A stretch of DNA of 64,000 nt, from NCBI GenBank assembly GCA_964016885.1, contig OZ024740.1, positions 439,394,001 to 439,458,000 of the forward strand, read 5' to 3'. The position numbers and the translations under genes were made by a program. Position 1 is the first letter of the stretch, and every line of letters starts with the position of its first letter. Under the pieces are notes generated by a model. That model was not told the DNA's origin and ran no database searches. It worked only from the letters and a program-made list of their open reading frames with translations. This stretch comes from Eledone cirrhosa (Eukaryota). This document shows, one piece after another, positions 35,701 to 45,088 of this stretch.

Positions 35701-38700
35701 TATAGACATCACCTGATATAGACAATACCTGATATAGACAACAGATGATATAGACAACACAGGATATAGACAACAGATGATATAGACAACAGATGAAATA
35801 GACAACAGATGATATAGACAACACATAATATAGATAATAGATGATATAGGCAACAGATGATATAGCAATAGATGATAAGGACTATAGATGATATAACAAC
35901 TGATGATATAGACAACACATGATATAGACAATAGATTATATAGACAACAGTTGATATAGACAACAGATGATATAGACAACAGATGATATAGACAACAGAT
36001 GATATAGACTAGAGATGATATAGACACCAAATGATATAGACAACACCTGATATAGACAACACATGATATATACAACAGAATATATAAACAACAAATGATA
36101 TAGACAAAACCTGATATAGACAACACATGATATATACAACAGATGATATAGACAACAGATAGTATAGACAACAGATGATATAGACAACACATGAAAGACG
36201 TAATAGATGATATAGGAAACAGATGATATAGACAATAGATGATATAGACTACAGATGATATAACAACAGATGATATAGACAACACATGATATAGACAATA
36301 GATTATATAGACAACAGACGATATAAACAACAGTTGATATAGACAACAGATGATATAGACAACAGATGATGTAGCCAACAGATGATATAGACTACAGATG
36401 ATATAGGTAACACAGGATATAGACAACAGATGATATAGTCTACATATGATATAGACAACAGATGCTATATACAACAGATGATATAGACAACATATGATAT
36501 AGATAATAGATGATATAGGCAACAGATGATATAGACAATAGATGATATAGACTAGAGATGATATAACAGTTGATATAGACAACACATGATATAGAGAATA
36601 GATTATATAGACAACAGACGATATAGACAACACTTGATATAGACAACAGATGATATATACAACAGATGATATAGACTACAGATGATATAGACAACAACTG
36701 ATATATACAACACCTGATATAGACAACAGATAATATAGACAACAGATGATATAGACAACACATGATAGACAACAGATGATATAGACAACAGATGATATAG
36801 ACAACAGATGATATAGACAACACATGATATAGACAACAGATGATATAAATAATAGATGATATAGACAACAAATGATATAGACAAAACCTGATATAGACAA
36901 CACATGATATAGACAACACAGGATATAAATAATAGATGATATAGACAACAGGTGATATAGACAATAGATGATATAGACAACAAATGAATAGACAACAAAT
37001 GATATAGACAACAGATGAAATAGACAACAGATGATATAGACAACACCTAATATAGACAACAGATGATATAGACAACAGATGATATAGACAACAGATGATA
37101 TAGACATCACCTGATATAGACAACACCTGATATAGACAACAAATGATATAGACAACACATGATATAGACAACAGATAATCTAGACTACCTATGTTATAAA
37201 CACCAGATGATATAGACAACAGATGATATAGACAACAGATAATATAGACAACAGTTGATATAGACAACAGATGATATTGACAACAGATGATAGAGGCAAA
37301 ATATGATATAGACAACAGATGACATAGACAACACATGATATAGACAGCTGATGATATAGACAACAGTGTATATAGACAACAATTGATATAGACAACAAAT
37401 GATATAGACAACATATGATATAGATAATATATGATATAGACAACAGTTGATATAGACAACAGATGATATAGACAACAGATGAATAGACAACAAATGATAT
37501 AGACAACAGAGGATATAGACAATAGATGATAGATACAACAGATGATATAGGCCACATATGATATAGACAACAGATGATATAGACAACACATGATATAGAC
37601 AACAGATTATATAGACAAAAGATGATATAGACAACACTTGATATAGACAACACATGATATAGATAATAGATGATATAGGCAACAGATGATATAGACAACA
37701 CATGATATAGACAACAGTTGATATAGACAACAGCGGATATAGACAACACACGATATAGACAAAACATGATATAGATAATAGATGATATAGGCAACAGATG
37801 ATATAGACAACAGATGATCTAGACAACAGATAATATAGACAAGAATTGATATTGACAACAGATGATATAGACAACACATGATATAAACAATAGATGATAT
37901 AGACATCAGATGATATAGACAACAGTTGATATAGACAACAGATGATATAGACAACAGATGTTATAGTCAACACATGATATAGATAATAGATGATATAGGC
38001 AACAGATGATAAAACAAAAGATGATATAGACAATGGATTATATAGACAACAGATATTATAGACAACAGTTGATATAGACAACATATGATATAGACAACAC
38101 ATGATATAGACAACAGTTGATATAGACAACAGCGGATAAAGACAACGCATGATATAGACAACACGTTAAATAGATAATAGATGATATAGGCAACAGATGA
38201 TATAGACAACAGATGACGTAGACAACACATGTTATAGACGACACATGATATAGACAACAGTTAATATAGACAACAGTCGATATAGACAAGAGATAATATA
38301 GACAACAGATGATATTGACAACAGATGATATAGGCAACAGATGATATAGACAACAGATGATAAAGACAACACATGATATAGACAACAGATGATATAGACA
38401 GCAGATGATATAGACAACAGTTGATATAGACAACAAATGATATAGACAACAGATGAAATAGACAACACATGATATAGACGACACATGATATAGACAACAG
38501 ATGATATAGACAACAGATGATATAGACAACAGATAATATAGACAGCAGTTGATATAGACAACAGATGATATAGACAACAGTTAATATAGACAACACATGA
38601 TATAGATAATAGATGATATAGGCAACAGATGATATAGACAACACATGATATAGACAACAGTTGATATAGACAAGAGCGGATATAGACAACACATGATATA

Positions 38701-40930
38701 GACAACACATGATATAGACGACACATGATATAGACAACAGATGATGTAGACAACAGATGATATAGACAACAGATTATATAGACAGCAGTTGATATAGACA
38801 ACAGATGATATAGACAACAGATGACATAGACAAGACATGTATAGATAATAGATGATACAGGCAACAGATGATATAGACAACACATGATATAGACAACAGT
38901 TGATATAGACAACAGCGGATATAGACAACACATGATATAGACAACACATGATATAGATAATAGATGATATAGGCAACAGATGATATAGACAACAGATGAC
39001 GTAGACAACACATGATATAGACGACACATGATATAGACAACAGTTACTATAGACAACAGTTGATATAGACAACAGATAATATAGACAACAGATGATATTG
39101 ACAACAGATGATAAAGGCAACAGATGATATAGACAACAGATGATATAGACAACACATGATATAGACAGCAGATGATATAGACAACAGTTGATATAGACAA
39201 CAGAGGATATAGGCAACATACGATATAGACAACAGATGATATAGACAACACATGATATAATCAATAGATGATATAGACAGCAGATGATATAGACAACAGT
39301 TGATATAGACAACAAATCATATAGACAAGATATGATATAGACAACACATGATATAGACAACAGATGATATAGACAAAAGATGATATAGACAACACATGAT
39401 ATAGACAACACATGATATAGATAATAGATGATATAGGCAACAGATGATATAGACAAGAGATGAAATAGACAACACATGATATAGACGACACATGATATAG
39501 ACAACAGATGATATAGACAACAGATGATATAGACAACAGATAATATAGACAACAGTTGATATAGACAACAGATAATATAGACAAAAGATGATATTGGCAA
39601 CAGATGATATAGGCAACAGATGATATAGACAACAGATGATATAGACAACACATGATATAGACAGCAGCTCATATAGATAACAGTTGATATAGACAACAGA
39701 GGATGTAGACAACACATGATATAGACAAAACATGATATAGATAATAGATGATATAGACAACAGATGATATAGACAACAGATGAATAGACAACAAATGATA
39801 TAGACAACAGATGATATAGACAACATATGATAGAGACAACAGATGATATAGGCAAGATACGATATAGAAAACAGATGATATAGACAACACATGATATAAA
39901 CAATAGATGATATAAACAGCAGATGATATAGACAACAGATGATATAAGCGTCACCTGATATAGACAATAACTGATATAGACAACAGATGATATAGACAAC
40001 ACATCATATAGACAACATGTGATATAGACTACATATGATATAGACAACAGATGATATAGACAACAGATGATATAGGCAACACATGATATAGATAATAGAT
40101 GATATAGGCAACAGATGATATAGACAACAGATGATATAGACAATAGATTACATAGACAACAGATGATATAGACAACAGTTGATATAGGCAACAGATGATA
40201 TAGGCAACAGATGATATAGACAACAGATGATATAGACAACACCTGATATAGACAACACATGATATAGACAACAGATGATATAGACAACAGATGATATAGA
40301 CAACAAATGAATAGAAAACAAATGATATAGACAACAGATGATATAGACAATATATGAATAGATAACAAATGATATAGAGAACAGATGATATAGACAACAG
40401 ATGATAGAGACAACAAATGATATAGGCAACAAATGATATAGACAACAGATCATATAGACAACACATGATATAGACAGCAGATCATATAGACAACAGTTGA
40501 TATAGACAACAGAGGATATAGACAACACATGATGTAGACAAACCATGATATAGATAACATATGATATAGACAGCAGATGATATAGACAACAGTTGATATA
40601 GACAACAATAGATATAGACAAGATATGATATAGACAACACATGATATAGACAACAGATGATATAGACAAAAGATGATATAGACAACACATGATATAGACA
40701 ACACATGATATAGATAATAGATGATATAGGCAACAGATGATATAGACAAGAGATGAAATAGACAACACATGATATAGACGACACATGATATAGACAACAG
40801 ATGATATAGACAACATATGATATAGACAACAGATAATATAGACAACAGTTGATATAGATGACATAATATGGACAAAAGATGATATTGACAACAGATGATA
40901 TAGGCAACAGATGATATAGACAACAGATGA

Positions 40931-40950
40931 TATAGACAACACATGATATA
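40931..40950 (+). repeat. Target-site duplication, copy at the LINE 3' end (TATAGACAACACATGATATA)
   Basis: Identical 20-mer at 45069-45088. Paralogous empty sites (about 39640-39659 and 46344-46363) carry it only once. Confidence 0.8.
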
Positions 40951-40957
40951 TGTTTCT

Positions 40958-40963
40958 TTTATT
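40958..40963 (-). terminator. Polyadenylation signal AATAAA at the LINE 3' end
   Basis: Minus strand reads ggtggcaAATAAAagaaaca|tatatcatg. The hexamer lies 7 nt from the 3' junction and no poly(A) follows. Confidence 0.55.
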
Positions 40964-41021
40964 TGCCACCAGGGCATCAAAAGTGGGACAAGTACAATGG
41001 GGGGAGTTTACAAAACAAGGC

Positions 41022-41193
41022 GTCCTCAATAAGGAGGAGGCAATAACAATACATAAAAATAAAATAATATATAACAAAAAATACAATTTATAACAAAGTC
41101 CTCAATAGAGAGGAGGCGCCTTGGGGGGTCGCACACACCCCCGAAAAAAGTGTGCAACCCTTCTCCTCAGGAGCACAGAGAAGGGGTGCTCCC
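41022..41193 (-). other. Structured LINE 3' UTR: two copies of a 20-nt stem-loop plus two GC-rich hairpins
   Basis: gtcctcaataaggaggaggc (41022-41041) and gtcctcaatagagaggaggc (41098-41117) each form a TCCTC/GAGGA stem. There is also an 11-bp stem 41126-41136/41150-41160 and a 7-bp stem 41170-41176/41186-41192. Confidence 0.6.
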
Positions 41194-41214
41194 TTGGTCT
41201 TTCATCTTACTCAC

Positions 41215-44200
41215 CTATAGTCTGATGTAGAGTGAAGGCCCATTCACACGGGCCATTCTCGCCACTTTCACCCATCTTTCATAGAAACGGCTGGGGTGCA
41301 GCACCTCTCTCTCCATCCTGATCCTTCTTCCGAAATGATATCGGAAGAAACGGACCAGTTGTTGGCCAGAGAGAAAGGTGTCTGACCTCAGTCCTTTCAG
41401 ACGCGTCCACCATACAACCTCTTTCGACATGGCTATTACGCACAGAAACACCGCCTCTCCTTCGTTTTTGAAGAGGGGAGGCGGCTTGATCGTTACAATA
41501 GACTCGGTGGTCAACCGGATCGGTCCCACCCTTGACAGCAGTTGTTCGACATAGCCCCACAGATCGGCAATGCCCGAGCAGTGTACCAATGCGTGTGCAA
41601 CGGTTTCCTCGTCTCACACGCATCTGGGACAGACCTTTTTCGATGGGTCCCTACCTGGGCGCCCGTGTCTGTAGAGCCTTTCTCGAACGGGCAGAGCCCT
41701 TCTGTAGCATTGCCAGGCCAGGGACCTCTGGAAGTTATCCATGGGTCCCGGGCTGAATGTCCTACCGAACAGGTTGGCCAGTTCGTCTTCCTCCATGCCT
41801 AGGGCTTCTCCGAGGGCGTTGTCGCACCTGCTAACCACCAGCCCTCTATAGAATGACGAGGTGGATTCTCCACTGACAGCCGGGTCCGCCTGCCAGAGAG
41901 CCGTGAGCGCCTGGGCACACCCGGTGTGCCAGGCGCCCAGTTTTCTCGGTCTTTGCTTGACCCAGGATTGCAGCTCGGTGAGTGAGACGAGTCTGGGAAA
42001 GGCTCGCCTCACAAACGGGGCCCACACCGGTTGACCGGAGAGGAATACCTGAAGGTGCCGTAGCCTTAATGCGTGTTTACGTATCATCAGACACGGCATC
42101 CCCAGCCCTCCTTTCGAAGGGTGTTGACAGCAGATGGATCTCCTCACCATAGGAGCCCGCTTCTTCCAAAGGAATTGGAAGAGTGCGCGCTCCATTTTGG
42201 CGAGCGTTTCCCTTGGGCAAGGCACCACGGTCAGGCGGTAGTAGATGACGGACGCTATATAAGTGTTCCCCACCTCCGCCCGACCTTTCAGGGACAGTTT
42301 GCACTCGGCCCACTTCTGGGTCAGTGCAAACACCCTGCTCGTCACCTCACCCCAGTTCTTCTCCACCTGGAGGTCTGGTCCGAACCAGACCCCGAGCAAT
42401 TTCACCGGGCCCTCCGTCCAGCGCCCGACGACGCCATCGGAGGGCATCGATCTGCCCCTCCACGTGCCGAGTTGCAGACCGATCGACTTGTCCCGGTTCA
42501 GCTTAGCCCCTGTAAACCTTTCGTACTCCTCCAGTAAGGTACCGATCGCCCCGATTTCCGAGGCCGTCGACACCATTACTGTTACGTCATCGGCGTAGGC
42601 TGACACCGCTTTCCGCAATCCGGGTTCCAACGGGATGCCCTGCAACAACTCCAACTTCCGCAGCAGTGGCTCTAGAGTCACTACATACAGAAGGGAGGAG
42701 AGAGGGCACCCCTGTCGGATGGACCGCGCGATTTCGAACGGCTCCGAGAGGTAGCCGTTCACCTTGACCCTAGAGCAGATGCGGCTGCTGTGCATGGCAT
42801 TGATCCAGCCCCTGAAAACGGGTCCGAAGCCTGCCGCCCCTAGCACCGCATCCAGGTAACCATGGTCGACACTATCGAATGCCTTAGATTGATCCAAGTT
42901 GATCAGGGCCCCACCAAAGCCGGGTTCGTTCCCAACCCTCTCTATGATGTATCGCATGAGGTGGAAGTTATCGTGGATTGACCTGGACGGGATAGCACAT
43001 GTCTGCGCATCTCCCACCAGGTTGCCCACGACAAGCGCCAACCTCTTTGCTAGCACCTTGGCCAAAATCTGTAACTCTGTATTTAGCAGAGTTATGGGCC
43101 TGACATTATTTATATCGTCCCCCTTGTTCTCGTCCTTCCTCACTAGCGTGACTACGCCCTTGGTCACAGCACAGGGAATTCTCTCGTTCTGTTGCCAATT
43201 GCAGTAGACCGCCTCGAGGAGTTCGGGGAATAAGTCCGGCATAGCTAGATATAGTTCGTATGGAAGACCATCGAGACCCGGGGATTTGCGTTTGCCGCAT
43301 TGGCTCAGCACGTCCTCTATCTCAGCGGCTGAAATCGGCTCCTCGCAGGACTTCGCCTCCCTGTCCGAGAGACGCGGCAGGCCGTCGAGGTATGGACCGA
43401 AGTCCACGTCCCCAACCGGCCCCCCGCCCCTTCCGAACAATTCGGCAACGTGCTTTTGAAAAGCCTCGCACATCTGCTTAGGTTCAAGGATCACCCGTCC
43501 ATCCTGGTCTCGCAAGGACCGGATAGTGGATCTGCTCCCTCTTTTGGCTTCTGTCACGCGGGCCCAGCTAACAGCTTTGGTCCCCTCGTTTCCCAGAGCA
43601 CGTATTTTGCTTAGGACGATGCAGCCTTCGTGTTTCGCGTCGAAGAACTGGCCCAGGGCCGTTCTCGACGCTAGCACTCTGGCCACGTCGCCGCTTCTAA
43701 TTGCCTCTTCTACACTATCTACCAACTCCCTTTCCTTCCTATTTCTATTGGAGGCTAACTCCTTACTAAATTCTATAGAGACTACTCTAATCTCTCTTTT
43801 GAGAGATCCCCACCACCTGCTGTTGACGATGTCGCCCGGCAACCGCTCCTTAACTAAAGTGCTAATCCGGTTCCTGTAAGCCTTACTTGCCGGTAAGGAC
43901 AAGTTGAGCTTCCAGTAACCGGGTCCCTGTCTATGAGTTCTGTCAAGGTTGACCATGCAGGTCACTAATTTGTGGTCTGAATAGCCAACCATGCGCATTT
44001 TTGGACAACTTAAAAAGTCCTTATCCTTAATTCTAACTAAGAACCTATCTAGGTACGACCTAGATATTCCGCTACGATTTGCCCAAGTCCAGGTTGGCGC
44101 AGTCAGAAAATCTAGTCGATATCTATCGGCCAGGTCAAATCGACCGATTAACCCTTTGAGGCTATTACACCCCTCTCTATCGGGACAGGCCCCTACGTAG

Positions 44201-44652
44201 TCCTAGCGTGCATCTAGGATACCATTCCAGTCCCCCACTAATAGCAAGGAGCGGGACCTCCCTAGAAAAGTCTACAGACGATGGAAGAAGTCCGGCCGCA
44301 TTCACCCGAAAGGGCCGTAGGCAGCTACCAACCTAAACGCTCCGCCTTTACCACTGCCAAGGTCCAGAACCACTAGTCGACCCTCCGGGTCCAAATGTAC
44401 CATCTGTGTTGCGAGACCCAGATGTTTTTGCAGCAGAACGACAACTCCACCCCCACCTCCGGGCTGACAGAGAGATGCGTGCATCTCAAAGTCATCAAAG
44501 GTGGGGGCCAGCTGTCGCACGTTGCTGATCCGGGCCTCGCAAATAACCATCACATCTATACGTTGTGACATGAGGTCATTTAGAAGCATTGCTTGCTTCC
44601 AAGTTGAGCCCAGGCCACGCGCATTTAAACAGCCTACTCTTAGCATAGCCAT
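41215..44652 (-). pseudogene. LINE ORF2 (endonuclease-reverse transcriptase-CCHC), 1145 codons, four premature stops
   Basis: Manual translation joins ORF-track pieces 44302..44676, 41614..43998 and 41215..41589 in one frame from ATG 44652 (accaacATGG). EN motifs: LNARGL, ICEAR, GRLV, AAYGP, GDWN, TWTW, SYLDRF, SDH. RT motifs: RPITLLN, LDQSKAFD, RQGCPLS, YADD (42597-42586), KLLGV. CCHC is CPRCV*DEETVAHALVHC (41631-41578). In-frame stops: TGA 44304-44302, TAG 44274-44272, TAG 44205-44203, TGA 41616-41614. True stop is TAG 41217-41215. Confidence 0.93.
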
Positions 44653-44676
44653 GTTGGTGGTGAAGAGAAAAGGCAC

Positions 44677-45068
44677 TTACCTCTCTGCGTCCCGGGTATC
44701 GGGCTGCACAATTTCCATTAGGGTGGGGGATGGGTTGTTGGGTGGGGTGGTGGTTTGTGGAAGTGTAGGGGCATCAGTGTGTTGTGTGGTTGGGGAGCTT
44801 GGAGTTGTGTGGGTGTTTGGGGAGGGGGTGGGATAGTTTTTTAGGAGGACGCGGTTAATGGGCCCGACGCTGGGGGGACCCACGTCCTCTTTAAAATTGT
44901 TTTTTAAAGTTTTATAGGTGTCCTGTGGGGCCTTAATCATTTGAAGGTGGGGGAAATCCCCTGCCTGGGTGAAGTTAGGCCCTTGTGTTTTTATTAGATT
45001 GTTGTTGTACACAATGTTTAACAGTTTTTTGTTTCTTGTGTTTATGTATGTGTATGCATGTTTTTGTT
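44677..45068 (-). pseudogene. Probable C-terminal fragment (~130 aa) of LINE ORF1 with a Pro/Thr-rich tail, cut by 5' truncation
   Basis: Open frame from the satellite junction (KQKHAYTY...PTPSPNTHTTPSSPTTQHTDAPTLPQTTTPP...DAER*) to TAA 44679-44677, 24 nt upstream of the ORF2 ATG and in the same frame. No diagnostic ORF1 domain is retained, so the identity is inferred from position. Confidence 0.62.
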
Positions 45069-45088
45069 TATAGACAACACATGATATA
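45069..45088 (+). repeat. Target-site duplication, copy at the LINE 5' end (TATAGACAACACATGATATA)
   Basis: Identical to 40931-40950 and followed by gacagcagatcatatag, as in the empty paralogues. Confidence 0.8.

Larger units (their letters stand above)
1..40950. repeat. 16-bp tandem satellite array, left arm (consensus GATATAGACAACAGAT)
   Basis: Uninterrupted head-to-tail monomers with recurrent variants (GATATAGACAACACAT, GATATAGATAATAGAT, GATATAGGCAACAGAT, GATATAGACAACAGTT, GATATAGACATCACCT, 15-bp GAATAGACAACAGAT). The + strand is strongly A-rich, there is no inversion, and the array runs off the window start. Confidence 0.99.
40951..45068 (-). mobile_element. 5'-truncated non-LTR retrotransposon (LINE), L1/Tx1 group, inactive copy
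   Basis: Only non-satellite DNA in the window. Minus-strand order is ORF1 tail, then ORF2 with APE endonuclease, RT and CCHC knuckle, then a 264-nt 3' UTR with AATAAA. It is flanked by a 20-bp direct repeat and has no LTRs. The Tx1/L1 call comes from motif style (GPGYWKLN, KSPGLDGLPYELY, LDQSKAFD, RQGCPLS, LSLKGR), not from a database search. Confidence 0.95.

Noticed and set aside
1-40950. CRISPR-like array next to a reverse transcriptase
   Set aside because: Monomers are directly adjacent with no unique spacers, there are no cas genes, and the RT is a eukaryotic APE-type LINE ORF2.
40148-41086. Chimeric 312-aa ORF with a signal-peptide-like start (MYFLLYIILFLCIVIASS)
   Set aside because: The hydrophobic start is the translated U-rich 3' UTR tract and the remainder is satellite. 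Nothing supports a real gene.
41162-41205. Hammerhead ribozyme (CUGAGGA after a stem, GAAA nearby) in the 3' UTR
   Set aside because: The GAAA is not placed after a stem II and no stem III with an NUH cleavage site can be formed. The core topology is not satisfied.
41614-43998. Standalone intact 794-aa RT gene (retron, group II intron, DGR or telomerase)
   Set aside because: It is the middle piece of a longer ORF2. It begins at the end of the endonuclease (SDH motif) and ends inside the CCHC knuckle at a premature stop.
41532-44836. Short plus-strand and alternate-frame ORFs inside the LINE (60-154 aa)
   Set aside because: They are shadow ORFs of GC-rich coding sequence with no recognisable motifs.
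40951-45068. Assigning a host taxon (ORF2 is reminiscent of mollusc/cephalopod Tx1-like LINEs)
   Set aside because: This is only a recollected resemblance and cannot be supported without a BLAST or Repbase/Dfam search.
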